A stretch of 64,000 nt of DNA. Source: Trichormus sp. ATA11-4-KO1 (GTDB lineage: Bacteria; Cyanobacteriota; Cyanobacteriia; Cyanobacteriales; Nostocaceae). The DNA lies in the NCBI GenBank assembly GCA_019358915.1, contig JAHHIM010000009.1, positions 81,223 to 145,222 on the forward strand, written 5' to 3'. The translations under genes were made by a program, and so were the position numbers. Positions within the stretch are counted from its first letter, which is position 1, and the number at the start of each line of letters is the position of its first letter. Below are positions 39,270-49,143 of the stretch, piece by piece. The notes beneath the pieces were generated by a model. It made no database searches and was not told the DNA's origin. It saw nothing but the letters and a program-made list of their open reading frames with translations.

Positions 39270-41279
39270 ATGAGGAAAATACGTCTAATTTGGAAGGGCT
39301 GTCTGATGTTCCTTACCGTGGCTATATTCTTAGTCTGCGGCCTATACGGAACACCTACAGCACTGGCAAGTGAGTATAGTGAAACACCTACTCTAATTGC
39401 CAATGAGTATAATGATACGGCTACATCTGACTATGCAGATAACTGTGATGGTATCGGATATCTCCCTTCATACACTGATGGAGAATTAACTGATGCTGAA
39501 AAACGGGGTCGTTGCACTTGGTACTTATGGACTGCCGGTAATGATAAGTACTATCGCGATATCGCGAAGCGAACTCATGGCGGTGTTGACTTACTCAAGT
39601 TGATTGACTCCCGCATACATGATGAGCGATTCCAACGCTTTGGTGCAATTAATGATCCTGGATGTGAAAAGGCTACAGCACCAGATGAATATGGGCTGTG
39701 GTTGGATGAGTGTAAAGATCCGCTTTCAACTGGTGTAATTGGGTTACGTAAGTTCCAAAATCCGAACTTCGACCCGGAAAAGTGGAATCCTGTTGAGTAT
39801 GCTAAAAACTCAGAAGTCGAGCCTCCCTACCGGATTGGGCAATCTTGTGCTATTTGTCACGTGGCATTAGATCCCCTTAACCCGCCTAAAGACCCAGAAC
39901 ATCCAAAATGGGAAAATCTTGTACCAGCATTGGGTAACCAGTACATCAAAGAAAGTCGATTATTTGCTGGTAACGTTAGTGACGATAGTTTTGTTAAACA
40001 AGTACTGAACGCCCAGAGACCTGGGACTTCCGACACTTCTCGGATTGGCAATGATCACATCAATAATCCTAATGCGATCAACGCCATATTTAATTTAGGC
40101 GATCGCCCCAAATATCCAGAGGTGATGAACGATGGTTCCATTCAGGAAGTCAATCACATCCTCAAAGATGGTGCAGACTCTACAGGTGTAGCAAATGCTT
40201 CACTGCGTGTCTATGTCAACATTGGCATGTGTGGAGATTACTGGTTAACTCTCCATGAACCTTTGTTAGGGCGAACTCCCCAACGACCTTTTGATATTGA
40301 AAAGGCGAGGAAGGAGTGTGAAGACTGGAGACAGACGGAAGCGCGAATGGCAGATGCAGAAGAATTTCTGAAAACTATCGGGCCGATGCACCTTAAAGAT
40401 GCACCAGGCGGCGAAGCTTTCTTAACCAAAGACGAGAAAATCCTCGATCGCGGCAAGATTGCTTTTGCTAATAGTTGTGCTAGTTGCCATTCCAGCAAAA
40501 AAGCACCTGCGGAAATTGCTGCTGACCCCGACAAGGCTAAGCAGTGGTACATAGAATCTGTGCGTAGTAGTGATTTTCTCGATCACAACTTTTTATCTGA
40601 TGACCAGCGTTACCCAGTCACACTAATTGGTACTAATGCTGCTCGTTCCTTGGGGACAAATGCGACTAAAGGGCATATCTGGGAACAGTTCTCATCTAAA
40701 ACCCACAAAGAAATGCCGTCACCAGGTAAATTGACACTGTACAATCCTTTTAACGAAGCTCAACCGATTGAGTTTCAAATTCCCCAAGGCGGTGTGGGAT
40801 ATTACCGCACACCTTCCCTCGTCAGCATTTGGGCAACAGCACCATTTCTCCATAACAACACCTTAGGAATATACAACGAAGATCCCACGGTGAAGGGACG
40901 TGTAGCAGCCTACACGGACGCTATGGAAAAAATGTTGTGGCCAGAAAAGCGTGAAAACATTATCAGTCGGACGGATCGCAAGACTAGATTAGATCTACCT
41001 CCTGGAGATCCAAATGCTAGATTTAGCCTTCCTGTACCTCAGGGTACGCCAGTGAATTTGCTGGCAAACATCAACATCCGAGAGGCGATTACATCTCTCA
41101 ATCTCGGTAACCTGTTCCGAGACTTAAGGCCAGAAGGTGGAATCAAAGGTAAACTGGCACGAGTGCTTTTAAGAGCAAACAAGTCTCCTGACTTTATTGA
41201 AGACAGGGGTCATACTTTTGGCTCGAGTTTGTCAGATGAAGATAAGAAAGCCCTCATTGAATTCGTGAAGACTTTCTAA
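39270..41279 (+). CDS. Exported dihaem cytochrome c, RoxA-like
   Basis: Signal peptide; CAICH and CASCH; YYRTPSLVSIWATAPFLHNN; GHTFGSSLSDEDKKALIEFVKTF. Confidence 0.82.
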   Translation: MRKIRLIWKGCLMFLTVAIFLVCGLYGTPTALASEYSETPTLIANEYNDTATSDYADNCDGIGYLPSYTDGELTDAEKRGRCTWYLWTAGNDKYYRDIAKRTHGGVDLLKLIDSRIHDERFQRFGAINDPGCEKATAPDEYGLWLDECKDPLSTGVIGLRKFQNPNFDPEKWNPVEYAKNSEVEPPYRIGQSCAICHVALDPLNPPKDPEHPKWENLVPALGNQYIKESRLFAGNVSDDSFVKQVLNAQRPGTSDTSRIGNDHINNPNAINAIFNLGDRPKYPEVMNDGSIQEVNHILKDGADSTGVANASLRVYVNIGMCGDYWLTLHEPLLGRTPQRPFDIEKARKECEDWRQTEARMADAEEFLKTIGPMHLKDAPGGEAFLTKDEKILDRGKIAFANSCASCHSSKKAPAEIAADPDKAKQWYIESVRSSDFLDHNFLSDDQRYPVTLIGTNAARSLGTNATKGHIWEQFSSKTHKEMPSPGKLTLYNPFNEAQPIEFQIPQGGVGYYRTPSLVSIWATAPFLHNNTLGIYNEDPTVKGRVAAYTDAMEKMLWPEKRENIISRTDRKTRLDLPPGDPNARFSLPVPQGTPVNLLANINIREAITSLNLGNLFRDLRPEGGIKGKLARVLLRANKSPDFIEDRGHTFGSSLSDEDKKALIEFVKTF

Positions 41280-41531
41280 CACAACTTGTTTGGATACTTT
41301 GCATTACCTCACCCTGACTTTACCCTGCTGATCAATCTTTCTCTGACTAAGTACAACTTTGCATAAATTCATGGCGAATTGAGGGTGGAAATTTAAACGC
41401 AAAGGATCGCCAAGGTTAGCGCAGAGTCACGCCAAGGTTTAATCAAGGCAATTTTTTTCCGTAAGGAGAGGGTTATCCGCTAGGACAGGGTGGGGTTATT
41501 CCAGGTTTTTAGGTGATTATAAAAAATAGAT

Positions 41532-42971
41532 ATGGAACAGATGAAATATTTACCAATCATTTACGTGCGTGGATATGCTGGTACGGATAAAGACGTTGAA
41601 CAAACAGTTGAAGATCCATTTTATGGATTCAATAGTGGCTCAGCTCATGTGCGGGTGGGAGAACAAGGAAGTCCAGAACAGTTTTTTTTCGAGAGTCCAT
41701 TGCTGCGACTGATAACTGATCACGGTTATCGACCTGTATTTGATCATCACCATTCAAGCAGTCACCCGAAAACTATCTGGATCTACCGATTTTATGATGT
41801 AACTACCCAAAGTTTTGGTTCTTCAACAGCAGTCAGACTGGAGATGGAACAAATAGCAGAGGGTTTAAGAGACCTGATTAATGATGTCAAAGAGCAAACA
41901 GGTGCTAGCAAAGTTTATTTAATTGCCCACTCAATGGGGGGTCTTGTTTGTCGTAGTTTAATTCAAAAGATTTATCCAGAAAAGAACGAAAAAGCGATTG
42001 ATTACATTGATAAGTTATTTACCTATGGCACTCCTCATGGTGGTATTCATTTTCAGATGGGAGGCGGCTTAATCGAAAGAGTCAGGGATACAGTTAGATT
42101 GAATAACGTTGACGACTTTGGCCCCCAGCGCATGTACGAATATTTCACACCTCAAATGCGGCAAAGGGCTGTGTTACCAAATGATTTTGATGCCCAAAGC
42201 CTTGATGATACTTTTCCGGCAGACCGAGTTTTTTGTATTATCGGTACTAATGCCCGTGATTATGAAGCAGCTTTTGGTCTGACACAAAAGACTGTTGGTG
42301 CCCAAAGTGATGGTCTAGTTCAGATTGAGAAAGCCTATGTTAGAGGCTCTCATCGTGCCTATATTCATCGCACTCATACTGGACGTTATGGGATGGTGAA
42401 TTCGGAAGAAGGCTATCAAAATTTGCAACGTTTTTTCTTTGGTGATATTCAGGTAAAAATATCCCTTGCCAATGTCGAATTAAGCGATCGCAATCATACT
42501 TTTTATCAAATGGAAGTCCGGGTGGCACTGCGTGGTCTACCTATTCCCATACATGAACAAGCGATTAATCATTATTGCCCAATTACACTAGAGTTAACTA
42601 GGGATAAACCCATCCCCTTATTTACAGCTTTTTTGGTGCCCCGTTATTCAGCCAGTGGTGATTGTACTTGTAGATATGCGATTAAATTAGCGTTGCATTC
42701 CTTCACTAGAAAAGAGAGGGAGTGGTTGTTTGGTAGCCATATCGACCAATTGCCTCTTTGGTCTGATTATCTCATCGTCGATGTCACGGCAATAGATGGT
42801 GTGTACAAGGCTCAGTACACCTGGAATTATGAAAATGATGAACCGCAACATCCCATAAATCCCAATCCCAATGCCAATGTTTTCTTAGCAGATATTCTTT
42901 TACCTGAACGAGGGCAAAAAGCTTTGGGTAAACAAGCAGCAGTTCATTTGGAGATTTGCCCGTGGAGTTAG
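41532..42971 (+). CDS. Alpha/beta hydrolase (lipase/PGAP1-like)
   Basis: YLIAHSMGGLV nucleophile elbow, YGTPHGG, SDGLV. Confidence 0.85.
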   Translation: MEQMKYLPIIYVRGYAGTDKDVEQTVEDPFYGFNSGSAHVRVGEQGSPEQFFFESPLLRLITDHGYRPVFDHHHSSSHPKTIWIYRFYDVTTQSFGSSTAVRLEMEQIAEGLRDLINDVKEQTGASKVYLIAHSMGGLVCRSLIQKIYPEKNEKAIDYIDKLFTYGTPHGGIHFQMGGGLIERVRDTVRLNNVDDFGPQRMYEYFTPQMRQRAVLPNDFDAQSLDDTFPADRVFCIIGTNARDYEAAFGLTQKTVGAQSDGLVQIEKAYVRGSHRAYIHRTHTGRYGMVNSEEGYQNLQRFFFGDIQVKISLANVELSDRNHTFYQMEVRVALRGLPIPIHEQAINHYCPITLELTRDKPIPLFTAFLVPRYSASGDCTCRYAIKLALHSFTRKEREWLFGSHIDQLPLWSDYLIVDVTAIDGVYKAQYTWNYENDEPQHPINPNPNANVFLADILLPERGQKALGKQAAVHLEICPWS

Positions 42972-43036
42972 GGGAGTGGGGAATGTTTTCTCTAATACCT
43001 GGGAATTATTTTTTAGCTGTTACAAAAGGTAAATTT

Positions 43037-43831
43037 ATGCAGGGTAATCGTCAACAAACCGCTCTTATTACTGGTGCATCTGGTGGGATTGGCTATGAGT
43101 TCGTGAAGTTATTTGCTCAGGATGGCTACAATCTGGTATTAGTAGCTAGAAATGAGCAAAAATTAAATCAAATTGCTGATGAATTCCCGCGAAAATTTGG
43201 CATTAATGTCACAGTTATTGCTAAAGATTTGTCTCTTCCTACAGCGCCAGAGGAAATCTTTGCCCAGTTACAACAAGCATCCATTAAGGTTGATGTGCTG
43301 GTCAACAATGCTGGGTTTGCTACCTACGGATTATTTAACGAACTTGACTTGACTAAAGAACTGCAAATGGTACAGGTAAATGTAGTGTGTCTCACCCATT
43401 TAACTAAGTTGTTCTTAAAAGATATGGTGAAGCAAGGCTACGGCAAAATATTAAATGTAGCCTCAACTGCGGCTTTTCAACCAGGCCCATTGATGGCGGT
43501 TTATTACGCGACAAAAGCCTATGTCTTATTATTTTCGGAAGCGATCGCCAATGAATTAGAAGGTACTGGTGTCTCTGTGACTGCTGTTTGTCCAGGGCCT
43601 ACGGAATCTGGTTTTCAACAAAGAGCCGCCATGGAAGACTCTAAACTAGTCAGTGGTCAAAAGATTATGGATGCGGCAACTGTTGCCAAAATTGGTTATC
43701 GTGGCTTGTTAGACGGCAAAACTGTGGTTGTGCCTGGTGTGAAAAATAAGCTACTCACGGAAACAGTCAGATTCACACCCAGAAAGCTCGTGACTAAACT
43801 AGTCAGAAGTATGCAGGAAAGCAAACAATAG
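43037..43831 (+). CDS. SDR family oxidoreductase
   Basis: ALITGASGGIG, LVNNAG, NVASTAAFQPGP..AVYYATKAYV; ATG at 43037. Confidence 0.92.
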   Translation: MQGNRQQTALITGASGGIGYEFVKLFAQDGYNLVLVARNEQKLNQIADEFPRKFGINVTVIAKDLSLPTAPEEIFAQLQQASIKVDVLVNNAGFATYGLFNELDLTKELQMVQVNVVCLTHLTKLFLKDMVKQGYGKILNVASTAAFQPGPLMAVYYATKAYVLLFSEAIANELEGTGVSVTAVCPGPTESGFQQRAAMEDSKLVSGQKIMDAATVAKIGYRGLLDGKTVVVPGVKNKLLTETVRFTPRKLVTKLVRSMQESKQ

Positions 43832-43930
43832 GTAATACGATTTACACAAAGACTACTCAAAATCCTCAGTGTGGTGTTAGGCTGTAGTATGCAAATAAAC
43901 ATAAATTATCGTTGTGTAAATCCTCACTCT

Positions 43931-44356
43931 ATGTCTAAGTTAATATCAGCGTCATTGCTCGCTACAGCCTTGCTGTTGACATCTACCCATGACTCCAATA
44001 TTACACTGGCTGGAACCTGTGCTTCTCGGTGTGGGCCGCGGCCAATTCAGTTTACACCTGGACAACGTATTCGAGTTCAAGTAGTCAATCGCACACCACG
44101 CCTGATTACATTACAAAAACCTTCTGCTACTGATCCCATCTTCCTACGACCCGGACAGGAATTACAATTGGAACATGGAGATGGTACACAGCCAAATATG
44201 TCTCTTGTTTTCTGGGATGAAACAGGTCGGTCGTTACAAGCCAATGTCTCAAAACCCAACTTTGGCACATTGCAAGTGGAATTTCGTCCCACTTGGCGGA
44301 CTCCAGGCGATCGCTCTGTCTATATTCTCAATGATGGTCGGGTAGATGTGTTTTAA
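43931..44356 (+). CDS. Hypothetical secreted protein
   Basis: Signal-like N-terminus, CASRCGP, beta-rich domain. Confidence 0.7.
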   Translation: MSKLISASLLATALLLTSTHDSNITLAGTCASRCGPRPIQFTPGQRIRVQVVNRTPRLITLQKPSATDPIFLRPGQELQLEHGDGTQPNMSLVFWDETGRSLQANVSKPNFGTLQVEFRPTWRTPGDRSVYILNDGRVDVF

Positions 44357-44447
44357 CTGCTAGCAAATAGTGTTATGAGTTATGAGTTAAGCAACAACTT
44401 TTCATGTAAAACTCACAACTCATAACTGAACGTTTCTATTTTCTATT

Positions 44448-46583
44448 GTGCTAGACCAAGCTTTCCCACAACCTGCAACACCTCGCAAGCGCTTACCTAA
44501 TCAGCGTTGGCAAATTTATCCACAAAAACCAGAATTTGCCCAAAATTTGGCGATGGTGACAAATCTTTCCCCGATTATCAGCCAGCTGCTAATTAATCGT
44601 GGTATCGAAACACCAGAACAAGCACAGGCATTTTTAGATCCAGAATCGTTAATTTTGCCTTCACCCTGGGAAGAATTCCCCGATTTGGCGATAAGTGTAG
44701 AGTTGTTGCAAGAGGCGATCGCATCCCAAGCCAAAATCGCCATCTGTGGTGACTATGATGCTGATGGAATGACTAGTACGGCTTTACTGTTGCGTAGTCT
44801 CCGCACCTTAGGCGCTCAAGTGAATTATGCTATCCCCAGTCGGATGCACGAAGGTTATGGCATTAATCAACGGATTGTGGAAGAATTTCACGATGAAGGT
44901 GTCAGATTAATTCTCACTGTTGATAATGGGATTTCGGCATTTGCACCCATTGCTAGAGCCAGGGAACTGGGTTTAAAAGTAATTGTCACCGATCACCACG
45001 ATATTCCCCAAAAATTACCCCCAGCTAACGCCATACTTAACCCCAAACTAATAGCAGAATCTTCACCTTATCGGGGTGTTGCTGGTGTTGGTGTTGCTTA
45101 TATTTTGGCGGTGTCCCTGGCGCAACAGTTAGGACAAATTAAGGGATTGGTTCAGCCAATGTTAGCGTTATTTACTCTGGGAACGATCGCAGATTTAGCT
45201 CCCTTAACTGGTGTCAATCGTCGCTGGGTAAAACGGGGTTTGAAGCATTTACCCAAGTCTAATTTGCCGGGAATACAGGCGTTAATTCAGATGGCTGGGG
45301 TGCAGGTGCGAGGAGCAGAGGAGCAGAGGAGCAGAGGAGCAGGGGAGAAAATCCCAAATTCCAAATCTTTAAAGCCGGAAGATATCGGCTTTCGCTTGGG
45401 GCCACGAATTAATGCCATTGGTCGGATTGGTGACCCCCAAACAGTGATTGAATTGTTGACTACGGATGATATGGGAATCGCACTGGAACGCGCCATGCAG
45501 TGCGAACAAACAAACACCAGTCGCCAGCAAATGTGTGAGGAAATCGAACAAGAAGCGATCGCTTATGTAGAAACAGAGTTTGTCTCTTGTCTACAGCAAG
45601 ACCGAGTTTTGGTCGTTGTGCAACCTCACTGGCATCATGGTGTGATTGGAATTGTCGCCTCTCGTTTGGTGGAACGCTACGGGGTTCCTGTATTTATTGG
45701 CACTTATGAAGATGAAGCACATATTCGCGGTTCAGCACGGGGAATTCCCGAATTTCATGTGTTTGAGGCGCTGGAATATTGTCACGATTTGCTAGGTAAA
45801 TTTGGCGGACACAAAGCAGCCGGAGGATTTTCTTTACCAGCAGAAAATTTGTTAGAATTGCGATCGCGGTTGTGTGAGTTTGCTAATCAATGTCTGGAAC
45901 CGCAGCACCTCAAGCCACTACTCAAAATTGATGCTCAAGCTCATCTTCATCAACTTAATCAACAGCTTTACCAACAGCTCAATGCTCTCCATCCTTGCGG
46001 TATGGATAACCCTGATCCGGTATTCTGGACAGCTAATGTTCAAGTTATGGAACAGCAAATTGTTGGCAAGGGTCATATTAAGCTGACACTTGCCCAAACT
46101 ATAAATGATCAGCAATCCAAAATTAAAGCGATCGCCTGGCGTTGGCGTGACTACTTTCCTCTACCGCCGCGAGTCGATATCGCTTACAAGCTGCGAGAAA
46201 ATCACTTTAATGGCAATACTACCATTGAGTTGGAATTACTAGGTGTTAGACTACCAAAGGATCATCCCTGTGAAGAGTCTATCAACCCAAGAGGGCTGAC
46301 ACCATCTGACTTATTTTCTGGTTTGTCACCTAATTCATCTAGAACAAGCTTTCAATATAAACAGCGCCACTATACTTGTGGCATCTATCGCAACGATGCT
46401 TTACCTGAATTAAGAATTAAAAATCCTGAAGGCAAAGTTTTAGTCATGCACCCAGGACGTACAATCGGTTTATTAGGCAATAATCGTGAAGATGCTATCG
46501 AGGTTGATATCTCTCAACCACAGTATAACCAAATTATCCAAGCTGCCCTTCAAGCATTATCAGCACTGAGTCCTGATGTATGA
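44448..46583 (+). CDS. recJ: Single-stranded-DNA-specific exonuclease RecJ
   Basis: GDYDADG, TVDNG, TDHH, GTIAD, GPRINA.GR, GSARG, GGHKAAGG. Confidence 0.96.
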   Translation: MLDQAFPQPATPRKRLPNQRWQIYPQKPEFAQNLAMVTNLSPIISQLLINRGIETPEQAQAFLDPESLILPSPWEEFPDLAISVELLQEAIASQAKIAICGDYDADGMTSTALLLRSLRTLGAQVNYAIPSRMHEGYGINQRIVEEFHDEGVRLILTVDNGISAFAPIARARELGLKVIVTDHHDIPQKLPPANAILNPKLIAESSPYRGVAGVGVAYILAVSLAQQLGQIKGLVQPMLALFTLGTIADLAPLTGVNRRWVKRGLKHLPKSNLPGIQALIQMAGVQVRGAEEQRSRGAGEKIPNSKSLKPEDIGFRLGPRINAIGRIGDPQTVIELLTTDDMGIALERAMQCEQTNTSRQQMCEEIEQEAIAYVETEFVSCLQQDRVLVVVQPHWHHGVIGIVASRLVERYGVPVFIGTYEDEAHIRGSARGIPEFHVFEALEYCHDLLGKFGGHKAAGGFSLPAENLLELRSRLCEFANQCLEPQHLKPLLKIDAQAHLHQLNQQLYQQLNALHPCGMDNPDPVFWTANVQVMEQQIVGKGHIKLTLAQTINDQQSKIKAIAWRWRDYFPLPPRVDIAYKLRENHFNGNTTIELELLGVRLPKDHPCEESINPRGLTPSDLFSGLSPNSSRTSFQYKQRHYTCGIYRNDALPELRIKNPEGKVLVMHPGRTIGLLGNNREDAIEVDISQPQYNQIIQAALQALSALSPDV

Positions 46584-46620
46584 CTTTTTCATGTACTCAG
46601 GACTCAGGAACAAAGCACTC

Positions 46621-46743
46621 TTACATATTGCCGTTGCGAAATGCCAGCAAAAAGATGACTGCTGGGCCAGCAATGATGATTAGTGAAACGGAAACTAGCT
46701 GAAAAATAACTTCCCAATTAATACTGGCTAATGCTTCAAACAT
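46621..46743 (-). CDS. psb30: Photosystem II protein Psb30 (Ycf12)
   Basis: INWEVIFQL..V.LI.IAGPAVIFLLAFRNGN; ATG at 46743. Confidence 0.92.
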   Translation of the reverse strand: MFEALASINWEVIFQLVSVSLIIIAGPAVIFLLAFRNGNM

Positions 46744-46872
46744 TTTTTCCCTTGTCCTCCCAAATGTCTTAAAAAATTCAATCACTTCAGTTGCAAAACC
46801 CGCCATCAATCATATCCGGCTATGGGCTGTTACATTTAATTTACTTAACAAAATTATAGGAAAATCAATAAA

Positions 46873-47223
46873 ATGGCAAACTGGCAATGTGTCAAGCAAT
46901 GTGGAGCTTGCTGTAATCTTGACCCCGCAGATCGCCCAGATTTAGATGAGTATCTTTCACCAGCAGAATTAGAACTATACCTGAGTATGGTAGGGGAAGG
47001 CGGATGGTGCATTAACTTCGACCATACCAGCAGAGAATGCCGCATCTACCCCAATCGTCCGCGTTTCTGTCGTGTAGATGCAGAAATTTTTCAAGATATG
47101 TATGGGATTGAGCCAGAAGAACTCAACGATTTTGCTATTGATTGCTGTCGCCAGCAGATAGAGGGAGTTTATGGCGATCGCAGTTTAGAAATACTCCGCT
47201 TTGACAAAGCTATTGGTATTTAA
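46873..47223 (+). CDS. YkgJ-family cysteine cluster protein
   Basis: WQCVKQCGACC...WCINFD...CRIYPNRPRFCR. Confidence 0.88.
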   Translation: MANWQCVKQCGACCNLDPADRPDLDEYLSPAELELYLSMVGEGGWCINFDHTSRECRIYPNRPRFCRVDAEIFQDMYGIEPEELNDFAIDCCRQQIEGVYGDRSLEILRFDKAIGI

Positions 47224-47317
47224 ATAATGTGTTTTGGGCGATGGGGTTGCAATTTATTACAGGAATCTGAGAAAATGAGAAGAATATGAAAGTAACCTAG
47301 TAATAAAACTACTGCCT

Positions 47318-47746
47318 GTGAAACTTGACTCTGCACCTGTAAGTTTTTCTGTCACATCTGAGACTGAAAACCACCCAGAACTAAAAAACGACAACGAATG
47401 TAACTTAACTACCATAATCACTGAGCCACTTCAGCCTGTAGTTGTCGATCATCAAAAAAAGCAGGAATCAGTAGCGGTAATTTTTGGTACTACTTTCATC
47501 ACCATATTTCTCGCAGAAATTGGCGATAAAACTCAGCTATCCACCTTATTAATGAGTGCGGAATCTCATGCACCGTGGGTAGTGTTTCTGGGATCTGCGG
47601 CTGCACTGATAACGACAAGTTTATTAGGTGTGCTTTTAGGTAGTTGGATATCTAGCCGCCTTAGTCCAAAAACCGTAGAAAAATCAGCCGGGGTGTTGTT
47701 GCTGTTCATATCCCTGATGCTGGTTTGGGATGTAATTCGTAATTAA
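47318..47746 (+). CDS. TMEM165/GDT1 (UPF0016) half-transporter
   Basis: IFLAEIGDKTQL motif. Confidence 0.9.
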   Translation: MKLDSAPVSFSVTSETENHPELKNDNECNLTTIITEPLQPVVVDHQKKQESVAVIFGTTFITIFLAEIGDKTQLSTLLMSAESHAPWVVFLGSAAALITTSLLGVLLGSWISSRLSPKTVEKSAGVLLLFISLMLVWDVIRN

Positions 47747-47824
47747 GCAACTCACACTCCCCCTACTCCCCATTCCCTGGTTACTGAGCGCAGTCGAAGT
47801 ACACTCCCCATTTCCCCAAACAAT

Positions 47825-48118
47825 ATGGACTGGCATCTTTTAGGACTCAGCTTTGTTACAGTTTTCTTGTCAGAATTAGGCGACAAAAGTCAGTTAGCTG
47901 CGATCGCGCTTTCCGGTCGTTGTCAATCTCCGCGTGCAGTGTTTTTCGGTACGGCTGGCGCACTTTTACTCACAAGTCTCTTGGGAGCATTAGCAGGAGG
48001 TGCTGTCGCCGAATTATTACCTACTCGTTTGTTGAAGGCGATCGCGGCTGTGGGATTTGCTATCCTCGCCGCACGTTTGCTGTTATTTAACAATGAAGCG
48101 TCGCCGGATTCTGAATAA
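47825..48118 (+). CDS. TMEM165/GDT1 (UPF0016) half-transporter
   Basis: VFLSELGDKSQL motif. Confidence 0.9.
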   Translation: MDWHLLGLSFVTVFLSELGDKSQLAAIALSGRCQSPRAVFFGTAGALLLTSLLGALAGGAVAELLPTRLLKAIAAVGFAILAARLLLFNNEASPDSE

Positions 48119-48145
48119 AAACCGTAACTTACATCGTCACAAAAA

Positions 48146-48180
48146 GAAAAAGAAGCCAAAAGTTACTTGGCTTCTTTTTC
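48146..48180. terminator. Bidirectional intrinsic terminator
   Basis: aaaaagaagccaa-aagttac-ttggcttcttttt between convergent genes. Confidence 0.75.
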
Positions 48181-48235
48181 TTTTTACATGAAACTTAAAA
48201 ATCGCCATTCCCGCAGCTGCATTTGCACATTCTCA

Positions 48236-48727
48236 CTAAACTTGCTGCTGCCAGCACCAACTTAAAAGTGTACCACCTACTACTAGTTTGACTACTTCTA
48301 GCAGAAAATAACCACTGTGTAGTACATTCATTTGTGTTGGAATTGCGGATGCTGCTGCAAATAAATTGAGATGAGTTCCTACAGCACACATTTGTGGAGT
48401 TAAGAAATAAGTATCCATCAAGGCAATAGCGAGCAGTATGACAGCAAAAACAATAATATTAGGATTCCAGCGAGATTTGGTTTTGCTCAAAGCCAGGACA
48501 CCAGTCAAAACTACAGATGCAGACAATAATTCCATGCGATTAAAATTCCAAAAAATCACATAGCCTGCTGTAGCAAAATCTGTCTGACTCATCATGCCAG
48601 AAAGGTAAAGACTAGGCATAATTACCCAATCTAAAACTAAGCTAGCACTCAGCCAAAAACCCAAGGCAAACATAACGGCAGTTTGCCAAGTGGGTCGCTT
48701 GAATTCAACTGTAGAAATAGCATTCAT
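48236..48727 (-). CDS. DUF4149-like membrane protein
   Basis: Four TM helices; FWNFNRMELL, YFLTPQM, LHSGYFLLE. Confidence 0.7.
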   Translation of the reverse strand: MNAISTVEFKRPTWQTAVMFALGFWLSASLVLDWVIMPSLYLSGMMSQTDFATAGYVIFWNFNRMELLSASVVLTGVLALSKTKSRWNPNIIVFAVILLAIALMDTYFLTPQMCAVGTHLNLFAAASAIPTQMNVLHSGYFLLEVVKLVVGGTLLSWCWQQQV

Positions 48728-49143
48728 AAGGATAATTGCTTAGTGTTGTATTTTTAGTGTGTAACTTCAAAAGTTGTTTTGACAACACTTATCAATTATC
48801 TTTTACAAACACATTTATAACTTCAAAAAGTAATGATTGTTATTTTTCACTGGAATAAACATAAAGTTTTTTAAAGAATATTTAATATAACAAAATAGAT
48901 TTGGCTAGTTTTCAGGTGAAAGGGTGAGCGATCGCAATTAATATATAGCAGTTGCCACATTTCCAACTCTTACTCTTTGCTCAAGTCGGGAGACCCTTCC
49001 TGTGCAAGTGTCCTCCTCTGCGTCTTTGCGTGAGACTAATTCATCCTTTCACTCAGCAACGCCCAAATTACATACGAAATGGTACTAGCACTCTAAACTA
49101 ATTATTATTACTGCAAAACCTGCATTACTCCAGAGATACGTCC

